Source: Reclinomonas americana ATCC 50394 (taxonomy: Eukaryota). From it: DNA of 54,587 nucleotides. The notes below the pieces were generated by a model. The model was not told the origin of the DNA. It saw only the letters and a program-made list of their open reading frames with translations, and did no database searches. The DNA lies in contig PS015152.1 in the NCBI GenBank assembly GCA_048213135.1, forward strand, positions 9,807 through 64,393. The letters run 5' to 3'. This document shows, one piece after another, positions 1 to 10,290 of the stretch (within the stretch, counting starts at the first letter, position 1; each line of letters starts with the position of its first letter). Position numbers and translations under genes: made by a program.

Positions 1-431
1 TACACGGTGCCAATGTGACCCACCAGCAGCTGCATTTGTGCGCCGGTCGCCAGTGACCACACGCGCACTGATGTGTCCACGCTCCCACTGACCGCGAGGC
101 GATCGTTGGGAGAGACGCCGACACAATGCACTGCATCAGCGTGGCCGTCCAGTCGGCGCACCGCCTGCCCGCTCGCCAGCGACCACACGCGCACAGTCTT
201 GTCTTGACTGCCACTGACAACGTGCTGGCCGTCGGTGGTGATGGCGACGGCCCACACCTCCTCTGTGTGTCCCTCCAGTCGGCGCACTTCTACTCCGCTG
301 GTCAGCGCACACACACGCACCACGGGCAGGTCGATGCAGCCGCACACGACGTGCTGTGCGTCGGGAGTGACGGCGATGCATGTCAGAGGGCCGAAGCGCA
401 CGCGGAGGCACTTGGAGGGGAGGGTGGACAT
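1..431 (-). CDS. WD40 array copy 1 (divergent; 3' part runs off the window)
   Basis: Manual translation from ATG 431: MSTLPSKCLRVRFGPLTCIAVTPDAQHVVCG...LEGHTEEVWAVAITTDGQHVVSGSQDKTVRVWSLASG...; frame stays open to base 1. Confidence 0.85.
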   Translation of the reverse strand, partial: MSTLPSKCLRVRFGPLTCIAVTPDAQHVVCGCIDLPVVRVCALTSGVEVRRLEGHTEEVWAVAITTDGQHVVSGSQDKTVRVWSLASGQAVRRLDGHADAVHCVGVSPNDRLAVSGSVDTSVRVWSLATGAQMQLLVGHIGTV

Positions 432-717
432 GGGGAGAAGTGACAGAGATAAGAAGTGCGTGACTCGGACGACGGACAAGCGGAAGTTCTTCAATCGATG
501 GACTCCTCGCGTCACAAAGAGCGACGGCAACTGAAACAGGATGAATGCCACCAGCAACAGCAGGGAACATTACAGTACATTTGACTTCATCGATTGTCTG
601 GAGGCAACAGAAACGAACAGAACTCTCTCTCTCTCTCTCTGTCTTCTCTCTCTTCTCTCTCTCTCTCTCTCATCTCCTCACTCGCTCTCTCTCTCATCCC
701 TTTCTCTCTGTCTCCTC

Positions 718-1830
718 TCACAAGTGGGACTCCGAATCCGCGCTGCGCCGAAGAAGCACAACCACCGCCTCCTCCACGATGAAGCAGCGCAACACAATCT
801 CCGCCAAACACCAACAACCAGGCTCTTCGTCGTCCTCGCCCTCGTCTTCTCGTTGCATCTCCTGCACGGCTCGCATCGCCTCGCGTGCTGCGCCCAACTC
901 AAACGCAGCGAGGCCACACGGAGTGGACCACACTCGCAAAGTATTGTCATTGCTACCACTCACAACATGCCGGCCATCGGGAGTCACCGCAACAGCATGC
1001 ACAGACCGATCGTGTCCCTCCAGCTGCTGCACCTCTCTTCCACTGACCAGTGACCACACTCGCACAATCGGGTCCGCAGCATTGCCTCCACTCACAACGT
1101 GCTCACCGTCGGGGGTGACGGAGACGTGCAACTTGTTACGAGTGTGTCCTTCAAACCGTCGTACTTCCTTGCCAGTCGTCATCGACCACACTCTCATAGT
1201 CCCGTCTCCACTGCAACTCACGACGTGCTTACCATCGGGTGCAATTGCAACCGACAGCACCTCACCTCTATGTCCCTTCAGCCGGCGTACTTCTGCGCCA
1301 TTCTCCAGTGACCACACACGCACGGTGTTGTCCCAGCTGCCACTAACAACATGCTGACCATCTGGCGTGACGGCAACAGAGTTCACTTCACTAGTGTGGC
1401 CCTCGAATCGCCTCACCTCCTCTCCACTCGCCAGTGACCACACACGCACAGTCCTGTCCCTACTACCGCTGACAATGTGAACCCCATCGGGAGTGATCGC
1501 CACACAATGCACGTCCTCGGTGTGCCCCTCCATCCGTCTCACCTCTGCTCCACTCTCCAGTGACCACACTCGCACTGTCATGTCTCCACCGCCGCTCACC
1601 GCATGCGCACCATCGGGAGTGATGGCGATCGAGTTCACATGACCCACGTGACCCTGCAGTTGTCGCACCTCAGCTCCAGTCGCCAGTGACCACACTCGCA
1701 CTGTCTTGTCCCCACTTCCAGAGACGATGTGACGACCGTCGGGAGTGATGGCGACGCATGTCACAGGGCCTGTGTGACCGGTGATGTGCTTGGAGGGGAG
1801 GAGAGTGAGGGGAGAGGGAGAAAGGGACAT
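718..1830 (-). CDS. WD40 array copy 2: intronless 7-blade propeller plus conserved C-terminal tail (370 aa)
   Basis: ATG 1830 (MSLSPSPLTLLPSKHITGH); seven GH...VRVW repeats of about 42 aa; tail CLAEIVLRCFIVEEAVVVLLRRSADSESHL; TGA. Confidence 0.92.
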   Translation of the reverse strand: MSLSPSPLTLLPSKHITGHTGPVTCVAITPDGRHIVSGSGDKTVRVWSLATGAEVRQLQGHVGHVNSIAITPDGAHAVSGGGDMTVRVWSLESGAEVRRMEGHTEDVHCVAITPDGVHIVSGSRDRTVRVWSLASGEEVRRFEGHTSEVNSVAVTPDGQHVVSGSWDNTVRVWSLENGAEVRRLKGHRGEVLSVAIAPDGKHVVSCSGDGTMRVWSMTTGKEVRRFEGHTRNKLHVSVTPDGEHVVSGGNAADPIVRVWSLVSGREVQQLEGHDRSVHAVAVTPDGRHVVSGSNDNTLRVWSTPCGLAAFELGAAREAMRAVQEMQREDEGEDDEEPGCWCLAEIVLRCFIVEEAVVVLLRRSADSESHL

Positions 1831-2084
1831 GGGGAAGGGAGGGGAGAGAGAGAGGGGGGACAATCACCTCTTGGGTTCGAGTTCGTGTGTGTGTGTGTGT
1901 GTGTGTGGGACAAGGACGGATTTTTGCATGCCTTGTGCACCGCACGTATCGCAATAGCAGCCTTGACACTGCTCGCATCGAATGCAGGAACACTCTGGCA
2001 ACTTAAGTAGGCATCGTTCACTTTGGGCCATCACAAAAAAGCACCAAAAAATCGAGCATCTCTCTCTCTCTCGTCCCTCTCTCC

Positions 2085-3200
2085 TCACAAGTGCGACTCC
2101 GAATCCATGTTGCGCCGAAGAAGCACAACCACCGCCTCTTCCACGATGAAGCAGCGCATCACAATCTCCGCCAAACACCAACAACCAGGCTCATCGTCCT
2201 CGCCCTCGTCAACCACACCTGCGCATGCTCGCTGCGTCTCTTGCACGGCTCGCATTGCCGTTCGTGCTGCATCAAGCTCAAACACAGCGAGGCCGCAGGG
2301 AGTGGACCACACTCGCAAAGTATTGTCGAAGCTACCACTGACAACATGCCGACCATCGGGAGACACGGCAATAGAACGCACACCTCCAGTGTGCCCCTCC
2401 AACTGTAGAACTTCTCTTCCACTGGCCAGTGACCACACTCGCACAATCGCGTCAAACACATTACCTCCACTAACAACGTGCTCACCGTCGGGGGTAACGG
2501 AGACGTGCATTATAGAATGAGTGTGTTCTTCAAACCGCCGCACTTCTTCTCCTGTCGCCATTGACCACACCCTCACAGTCTCGTCTCCACTGCAACTCAC
2601 AATGTGCTGACCATTGGGTGTAACGGCAACCGACCACACCCAATACGCGTGTCCCTCCAGTCGTCGCACTTCTGCGCCATTCTCCAGCGACCACACGCGA
2701 ACAGTCCTGTCATAGCTTCCGCAGACAACGTAGAGAGCATCCGGCGTGACGGCGACAAAATTCACTCCGCCAGTGTGGCCCTCAAACTGCCACACTTCCT
2801 GCCCCCTTGCCAGTGACCACACACGCACAGTGTCATCCCTGCTCCCGCTGATAATGTGGACCCCATCAGGAGTGATGGCAATACATTGCACTACCTCAGC
2901 GTGCCCCTTCAACAGACGCACTTCTTCTCCACTCTCCAGTGACCACACTCGCACTGAACGGTCAGAACTGCCACTCACGATGTGCTGGCCATTGGGAGTC
3001 ACGGCAACAGACAACACCATATCAGTGTGTCCCTCCAGTCGTCGCACCTCCTCTCCACTCTCAAGTGACCACACGCGCACTGTCTTGTCTTGGCTCCCGG
3101 AGATAATGTGCTGACCATTGGGAGTGATGGCGACAAACATAACAGCGCCCGTGTGACCAGTAATTCGTTTGGAGGGGAGGAGGAGGGGGGAGAGGGACAT
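2085..3200 (-). CDS. WD40 array copy 3 (371 aa)
   Basis: Intact ORF, 7 WD repeats, tail CLAEIVMRCFIVEEAVVVLLRRNMDSESHL. Confidence 0.92.
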   Translation of the reverse strand: MSLSPLLLPSKRITGHTGAVMFVAITPNGQHIISGSQDKTVRVWSLESGEEVRRLEGHTDMVLSVAVTPNGQHIVSGSSDRSVRVWSLESGEEVRLLKGHAEVVQCIAITPDGVHIISGSRDDTVRVWSLARGQEVWQFEGHTGGVNFVAVTPDALYVVCGSYDRTVRVWSLENGAEVRRLEGHAYWVWSVAVTPNGQHIVSCSGDETVRVWSMATGEEVRRFEEHTHSIMHVSVTPDGEHVVSGGNVFDAIVRVWSLASGREVLQLEGHTGGVRSIAVSPDGRHVVSGSFDNTLRVWSTPCGLAVFELDAARTAMRAVQETQRACAGVVDEGEDDEPGCWCLAEIVMRCFIVEEAVVVLLRRNMDSESHL

Positions 3201-3498
3201 GAGGAATGGAGAGAGCAGAGAGAGTGAAAGAGAAAAGAGAGAAGTGAGGGGGAACGATCAGCGCGCCGCCGGCGTGTGTTGAACTACCGGGACAGGACGA
3301 CGATGGCACTTCCTCGCGCACGACACCTGCACGCCGACTTGCAGCAGGCTTTCATCGATAGCGTCGAATGCAGGTGCAACAACTTGGCACAACACGTTCA
3401 CTGCAATGCGCTATTTCAAAGAGAAAACAAAAAGGCAACTCTTTCTTTCTTTCTCTCTTCTCATCCCTTTCTCTCTCTTCTCATCACCCTCTCTCCTC

Positions 3499-4620
3499 TC
3501 ACAAGTGCGACTCCGGGTCCACGCTGCGTCGATGTAGAACCACCGCCGCCTCCTCCACAATGAAGCACCGCAGCACAATCTCCGCCAGACACCAACAATC
3601 TGGCTCATCGTCGTCTTCATCTGCGTCGTCTACAGCTTCTCGTTGCACCTCCTGCACGGCCCGCATCGCCGCCCGCGCTGTGTAGAGCTCAAACGCAGCG
3701 AGACCACACGGAGTGGACCACACTCGCAAAGTCCTGTCATTACTGCCACTCACGACATGTCGACCATCAGCTGAGACGGCAACCGAACGCACACCTTTAG
3801 TGTGTCCCTCCAGCTGCCGCACCTCTCTTCCACTGGCCAACGACCACACTCGCACAATCGGGTCAAACACATTACCTCCACTAACAACGTGCTCACCGTC
3901 GGGGGTGACGGAGACGTGCATCAGGTTCTCATTGTGTCCTTCAAACCGCCGCACTTCTTCTCGTGTAGCCATTGACCACATTTTCATTGTCTCGGCGGAA
4001 CTGCAACTCACAATGTGCTGACCATCGGGTGTAACGGCGACAGAATTCACCCAACCTCTATGCCCGTCGAACCGGTGCACTTCGGCGACATTCTCCAGTG
4101 ACCACACGTGAACAGTCCTGTAATAGCTTCCGCTGACGACGTAGAGACCATCCGGCGTGACTGTGACAGAGTGCACCCACCAAGTGTGCCCTTCAAACTG
4201 CCACACTTCCTCTCCACTCGCCAGTGACCACACACGCACAGTGCCGTCCCTGCTCCCGCTGACAATGTGAACCCCGTCGGGAGTGATGGCAACACATTGC
4301 ACTACCTCAGCGTGTCCCTCTAACCGTCTCACTTCCACTCCACTCTCAAGTGACCACACTCGCACTGAACAGTCAGCACTGCCACTCACAATGTGCTGGC
4401 CATTGGGAGTCACGGCAACAGACAACACCATATCAGTGTGTCCCTTCAGTCGTCGCACCTCAACTCCAGTCGCCAAAGACCACACTCGCACTGTCTTGTC
4501 CCCACTTCCAGAGACGATGTGCGCGCCATCGGGGGTGATGGCGACACACCTCACAGCGTTCGTGTGACCAGTAATTCGTCCGGAGGGGAGGAGGATGAGT
4601 GGAGAGGGAGCCAGGGACAT
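3499..4620 (-). CDS. WD40 array copy 4 (373 aa)
   Basis: ATG 4620 (MSLAPSP) homologous to paralog starts; 7 WD repeats; tail ...SVDPESHL. Confidence 0.92.
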   Translation of the reverse strand: MSLAPSPLILLPSGRITGHTNAVRCVAITPDGAHIVSGSGDKTVRVWSLATGVEVRRLKGHTDMVLSVAVTPNGQHIVSGSADCSVRVWSLESGVEVRRLEGHAEVVQCVAITPDGVHIVSGSRDGTVRVWSLASGEEVWQFEGHTWWVHSVTVTPDGLYVVSGSYYRTVHVWSLENVAEVHRFDGHRGWVNSVAVTPDGQHIVSCSSAETMKMWSMATREEVRRFEGHNENLMHVSVTPDGEHVVSGGNVFDPIVRVWSLASGREVRQLEGHTKGVRSVAVSADGRHVVSGSNDRTLRVWSTPCGLAAFELYTARAAMRAVQEVQREAVDDADEDDDEPDCWCLAEIVLRCFIVEEAAVVLHRRSVDPESHL

Positions 4621-4965
4621 GAGGAAGGAAGGGGAGGGAGAGGAGATAAGGGAGCAGGGAGAGCACAGAGAGAGAGAGAGAGAGAGAGGAAACAGAGAGG
4701 CCAATCAAACTCTGGGTTCGTGTGTGTCCGCGTGTGCGCGTTGCGTGGGACCGGGACGATGGTGGACTTGGCAGCACTTCCTTGCGCATCACACCTAGAT
4801 CGCAACAGCAACCTTGACACTGCTCGCATCGAATGCAGGTGCATTCTGGATCAACAACCAGGCACATTCACTTTGGGTCATCACAAAAAACACGAAACAA
4901 CAAAACAAAATCAAGCATCTCACTCTCCAAATCTCTCTCTCTCTCTGTCTCTCGTCCCTCTCTCC

Positions 4966-6090
4966 TCACAAGTGCGACTCCGAATCCATGTTGCGCCGAA
5001 GAAGCACAACCTCCGCTTCCTCCACAATAAAACAGCGCATCACAATCTCCGCCAAACACCAACAACCAGGCTCATCGTCCTCGCCCTTGTCAACCACACC
5101 TGCGCATGCTCGCTGCGTCTCTTGCACGGCTCGCATTGCCGTTCGTGCTGCATCAAGCTCAAACGCAGCGAGGCCACACGGAGTGGACCAAACTCGCAAA
5201 GTGTTGTCGAAGCTACCACTGACAACATGCCGACCATCAGGTGAGACGGCAACAGAACGCACAAATTCAGTGTGTCCCTCCAACTGTAGCACCTCTCTTC
5301 CACTTGCCAGTGACCACACTCGCACAATCGGGTCCGCAGCATTGCCTCCACTCATAACGTGCTCACCGTCGGGGGTGACGGAGGCGAATAACAGGTTCTG
5401 AGTGTGTCCATCAAACCGCTGCACTTCTTCTCCTGTCGCCATTGACCACACTCTCACAGTCTTGTCTAAGCTGCAACTCACAATGTGCTGGCCATTGGGT
5501 GTAACGGCAACCGACCACAGCCAACTTCTATGCCCGTCCATCCAGCGCACTTCTGCACCATTCTCCAGTGACCACACCCGCACAGTCTTGTCATTGCTTC
5601 CGCTGACAACGTGGAGACCATCTGGCGTGACTGCGACAGACGTCACTCCCCCAGTGTGTCTCTCCAACCGTCTCACCTCCTGCCCACTCGCCAGTGACCA
5701 CACACGCACAGTTTTGTCACTGCCCCCGCTGACAACGAGCTGACCGTCGGGAGTGATGGCGACAGATTCCACTTCTCCAGTGTGGCCCTTCAACCGTCGC
5801 ACTTTTTCTCCACTCTCCAGTGACCACACACGCACGGTATGGTCATCACTGCCACTCACGATGTGCTGGCCATTGGGAGTGACAGCGACTGAGTTCACAT
5901 AGTGAGTGTGTCCTTTCAGTCGTCGTACCTCAGCTCCAGTCGCCAGTGACCACACGCGCACTGTCTTGTCCCCACTTCCAGAGATTATGTGCTGACCATC
6001 AGGAGTGATGGCGACACAAGTCACTGAGCCACTGTGCCCAGTGATGCGCTTGGAGGGGAGGAGGATGAGTGGAGAGGGAGCCAGGGACAT
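4966..6090 (-). CDS. WD40 array copy 5 (374 aa)
   Basis: Intact ORF, 7 WD repeats, tail ...NMDSESHL. Confidence 0.92.
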   Translation of the reverse strand: MSLAPSPLILLPSKRITGHSGSVTCVAITPDGQHIISGSGDKTVRVWSLATGAEVRRLKGHTHYVNSVAVTPNGQHIVSGSDDHTVRVWSLESGEKVRRLKGHTGEVESVAITPDGQLVVSGGSDKTVRVWSLASGQEVRRLERHTGGVTSVAVTPDGLHVVSGSNDKTVRVWSLENGAEVRWMDGHRSWLWSVAVTPNGQHIVSCSLDKTVRVWSMATGEEVQRFDGHTQNLLFASVTPDGEHVMSGGNAADPIVRVWSLASGREVLQLEGHTEFVRSVAVSPDGRHVVSGSFDNTLRVWSTPCGLAAFELDAARTAMRAVQETQRACAGVVDKGEDDEPGCWCLAEIVMRCFIVEEAEVVLLRRNMDSESHL

Positions 6091-6131
6091 GAGGAAGGAA
6101 GGGGATGGAGAGGAGATAAGAGATCAGGGAG

Positions 6132-6168
<37 letters not shown>

Positions 6169-6392
6169 CAGAGAGGCCAATCAAACTCGTGTGTGTGTGT
6201 GTGCGCGTGGGACCAGGACGGACATCGCAATAGGCTTTTACCTTGCTCACACCGAATGCAGGTGCACTAACAAACAAGCAGGCACAAATCGTTCACTTTG
6301 GGTCATCACAAAAAAACAAAACCACAAAACAAAATCAAGCATCTCACTCTCTACTAGCTCTCTCTCTCTCACTCTCTCGCCCCTCCCATGTT

Positions 6393-7505
6393 TCACAAGT
6401 GCGACTCGGGTTCCATGCTGCGCCGGTGCAGTACCACCGCGGCCTCCTCCACAATGAAGCAGCGCAGCACCATCTCCGCCAGACACCGCGAATCCGATTC
6501 TTCATCTTCGTCAGCCACAGCTTCTCGCTGCATCTCCTGCACGGCCCGCATCGCTGCCCGTGCTGTATCAACCTCAAACGCAGCGAGGCCACAAGGAGTG
6601 GACCACACACGCAAGATCCTGTCATAACCACCACTCACAACATGCCGACCATCAGGTGAGACGGCAACAGAGCTCACATAGCCATCGTGTCCCTCCAGCT
6701 GCCGCACCTCTCTTCCACTTGCCAGTGACCACACTCGCACAATCGGGTCAGCAGCATTGCCTGCACTCACAACGTGCTCTCCGTCGGGGGTGACTGAAAC
6801 GTGAACCTTGTAATAAGTGTGTCCTTCAAACCGTCGCACTTCCTTGCCAGTAGTCATTGACCATACTCTCATAGTATGGTCTAAACTACAACTAACAATG
6901 TGCTGACTATCAGGTGTAATGGCAACCGACGGTACCCAATTATAGTGTCCTTTAAACCGGCGCACTTCAGCACCAGTCTCCAGCGACCACACCCGCACAG
7001 TCTTGTCATTGCTTCCGCTGACAACGTAGAGAGCATCCGGCGTGACGGCGACAGAGTTCACTCCGTCAGTGTGGCCCTCAAACCGCCTCACTTCCTGCCC
7101 CTTTGCCAGTGACCACACACGCACAGTTTTGTCACTGCCCCCGCTGACAACGTGCTCCCCGTCGGGAGTGATGGCAACAGATTGCACCCATCCAGTGTGT
7201 CCCTCCAACCGTCGCACTTCTGCTCCACTCTCCAGTGACCACACTCGCACTGTGTAGTCAGAACTCCCACTCACGATGTGCTGGCCATTGGGAGTGACGG
7301 CAACAGAGTTCACATAACCCTCATGTTCCTTCAGTCGTCGTACCTCAGCTCCAGTCGCCAGAGACCACACGCGCACTGTCCTGTCTTCACTCCCAGAGAT
7401 AATGCACTGACCGTCGGGAGTGACGGCGACGCACGCCACTGAGCGAGTGTGACCAGTGATGCGCTTGGTGAGTAGGAGGAAGATTGGAGAGGGAGCCAGG
7501 GACAT
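6393..7505 (-). CDS. WD40 array copy 6 (370 aa)
   Basis: ATG 7505; 7 WD repeats; tail ...SMEPESHL. Confidence 0.92.
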   Translation of the reverse strand: MSLAPSPIFLLLTKRITGHTRSVACVAVTPDGQCIISGSEDRTVRVWSLATGAEVRRLKEHEGYVNSVAVTPNGQHIVSGSSDYTVRVWSLESGAEVRRLEGHTGWVQSVAITPDGEHVVSGGSDKTVRVWSLAKGQEVRRFEGHTDGVNSVAVTPDALYVVSGSNDKTVRVWSLETGAEVRRFKGHYNWVPSVAITPDSQHIVSCSLDHTMRVWSMTTGKEVRRFEGHTYYKVHVSVTPDGEHVVSAGNAADPIVRVWSLASGREVRQLEGHDGYVSSVAVSPDGRHVVSGGYDRILRVWSTPCGLAAFEVDTARAAMRAVQEMQREAVADEDEESDSRCLAEMVLRCFIVEEAAVVLHRRSMEPESHL

Positions 7506-7841
7506 GAGGAAGGGAGGGGAGGGAGAGGAGATAAGGGAGCAGGGAGAGCACAGAGAGAGAGAGAGGAAACAGAGAGAGAAGAAACAGAGAGGCAACAATC
7601 AACTCTGGTGTGCGTAGCGTGGGACCGGGACGATGGTGGACTTGGCAAAGCACTTCCTTGCGCATCACACCAAGATCGCAATAGCAACCTTGACACTGCT
7701 CGCATCGAATGCAGGTGCATTCTGGATCAACAAGCAGGCACAACTCGTTCACTTTGGGTCATCACAAAAAAAAACGAACAAAACAAAATCAAGCATCTCA
7801 CTCTCTAGCTCTCTCTCTCTCTCTCTCGTCCTTCTCTCTCC

Positions 7842-8960
7842 TCACAAGTGCGACTCCGAATCCATGTTGCGCCGAAGAAGCACAACCTCCGCTTCCTCCA
7901 AGATGAAACAGCGCATCACAATCTCCGCCAAACACCAACAACATGGCTCATCGTCCTCGCCCTAGTCAACCACACCTGCTCGCTGCATCTCCTGCACGGC
8001 CAGCATTGCCGTTCGCGCTGCGTAGAGCTCAAACGCAGCGAGGCCACACGGAGTGGACCACACTCGCAAAGTGTTGTCGAAGCTACCACTGACAACATGC
8101 CGACCATCGGGAGACACGGCAATAGAACGCACAAATTCAGTGTGTCCCTCCAACTGTAGCACCTCTCTTCCACTGGCCAGTGACCACACTCGCACAATCG
8201 GGTCCTCCCCGTTGCCTCCACTCATAACGTGCTTACCGCCGGGGGCGACGGAGACGTGCATCAGGTTCTCAGTGTGTCCTTCAAACCGCCGCACTTCTTC
8301 TCCTGTCGCCATTGACCACACTCTCACAGGCTCGTCTCCACTGCAACTCACAATGTGCTGACCATTGGGTGTAACGGCAACCGACCACACCCAATACGCG
8401 TGTCCCCCCACCCGTCGCACTTCAGCGCCATTCTCCAGTGACCACACGCGAACAGTCCTGTCATTGCTTCCGCAGACAACGTAGAGAGCATCCGGCGTGA
8501 CGGCGACAGAGTTCACTCCGCCAGTGTGGCCCTCAAACCGCCTCACTTCCTGCCCCCTCGCCAGTGACCACACACGTACAGTGTCATCCCTGCTCCCGCT
8601 GACAATGTGAACCCCGTCAGGAGTGATGGCCACACAATCCACTTCCTCTGTGTGTCCCTCCAACCGTCTCACTTCTTCTCCACTCTCCAGTGACCACACG
8701 CGCACTGAACGGTCAGCACTGGCACTCACAATGTGCTGGCCATTGGGAGTGACGGCGATTGCGTTCACATAATACGTGTGTCCCTCCAGTCGTCGCACCT
8801 CAACTCCAGTCGCCAAAGACCACACGCGCACTGTGGAGTCCGTACTCCCAGAGATAATGTGCGCACCATCGGGAGTGATGGCGACACATGTCACCGGGTC
8901 CGAGTGCCCCGTGATGCGCTTGGAGGGGAGGAGGATGAGTGGAGAGGGAGCGGTGGACAT
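7842..8960 (-). pseudogene. WD40 array copy 7 with premature TAG (7962-7964) upstream of the conserved tail motif
   Basis: Seven intact repeats; TAG where copy 3 has GAG (VVD*GEDDE). The downstream tail GEDDEPCCWCLAEIVMRCFILEEAEVVLLRRNMDSESHL is still in frame to TGA at 7842. Confidence 0.8.
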
Positions 8961-9244
8961 GAGAAAGGAAGGGGAGGGAGAGGCAGCAATCAATCGCAAA
9001 GTCGTCGATGGTGTGTGTGTGTGCGTGTGTCTGTGTGTGTTTGTCGTGTTTTGAAACGACTCGAAAACGTAGGACTACGTAGGACGATGTCGGCACTTCG
9101 GCATTCCTTGCGCACCACACCCAGCAGCAGTCGGTGTCTTGCTCGCATCGAATGCGAGTGCACTCTGGATCAACAACCAGGCACAACTGGTTCATTTGAT
9201 CTGTGAGGGCAACTCTTCTCTCTTCTGCCATCCTCTTCTCTTTG

Positions 9245-9805
9245 TCAATTATTGTGTCCTTCAAACCGGCGCACTTCCGCGCCATTCTCCAGTGACCACA
9301 CTCGCATAGTTTCGTCGCCACTCCCGCTAACAACGTAGAGACCATCCGGCGTGACGGCGACAGACGTCACCCATCCAGTGTGTCCCTCGAATCGCCTCAC
9401 CTCCTCTCCACTCGACAGCGACCACACACGCACGGTGTTGTCCCTGCTCCCGCTGACAGCATGCTGCCCGTCAGGAGTGATGGCAACAGACCGCACCGAC
9501 AAAGTGTGTCCCTCCAGCCGTCGCACTTCTTCTCCACTTTCCAGTGACCACACACGCACGGTATGGTCATCACAGCCACTCACGACGTGCTGCCCATCAG
9601 GAGTGACGGCGACTGAGTTCACTCCTGTAGTGTGTCCCTTCAGTCGTCGTACCTCAGCTCCAGTCCGCAGAGACCACACGCGCACTGTCTTGTCCCCACT
9701 TCCAGAGACGATGTGACGACCGTCGGGAGTGATGGCAACAAACATCACAGCGCCCGTGTGACCAGTGATGTGCTTGGAGACGAAGAGGACGGGAGAGAGG
9801 GACAT
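9245..9805 (-). pseudogene. WD40 array copy 8, truncated after 4 blades (186 aa)
   Basis: ATG 9805 (MSLSPVLFVSKHITGH); ends RRFEGHNN-TGA and runs directly into the family's usual 3' spacer sequence; blades 5-7 and tail absent. Confidence 0.8.
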
Positions 9806-9809
9806 GAGG

Positions 9810-9894
<85 letters not shown>

Positions 9895-10290
9895 CGCGCG
9901 TCGTCGTCGTACGACGACGACGACGACGACGCGACGTCGTCGCGCGCGACGACGACGACGACGACGACGACGACACGTACGACGACGTCGNNNNNNNNNN
10001 NNNNNNNNNNAGAACAGCTAGAGTGAGTGAGAGAGAGAGAGAGAGAGAAGTGAGGGGGAACGATCTGCGCTGCCGCGTGTGTTGAACTACCGGGACAGGA
10101 CGACGCTGGCACTTCCTCGCGCACGACTCACGCACGACGACTTGCAGCAGGCTTTCATGGATAACGTTGAATGCAGGTGCAACAACCTGGCACAACATGT
10201 TCATTGCGTTGAGCTATCTCAAAAAAGGCAACACTTTCTCTCTCTCTCTTCACATCCCTTTCTCTCTCTCTCTCATCACCCTCTCTCCTC

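Noticed and set aside
7962-7964. In-frame TAG as evidence of a reassigned genetic code
   Set aside because: Single instance; TAG terminates the methyltransferase (30569-30571), and TAA and TGA end other genes normally.
545-9716. Many antisense ORFs with SDHTRT repeats
   Set aside because: Shadow frames of the VRVWSL codons on the opposite strand.
9813-10010. (GA)n followed by a CG/CGA-rich quasi-palindromic stretch, and the 319-aa ORF running through it
   Set aside because: Abuts an N-gap after a long microsatellite, so it is probably low-quality read sequence. The homologous start is 9805.
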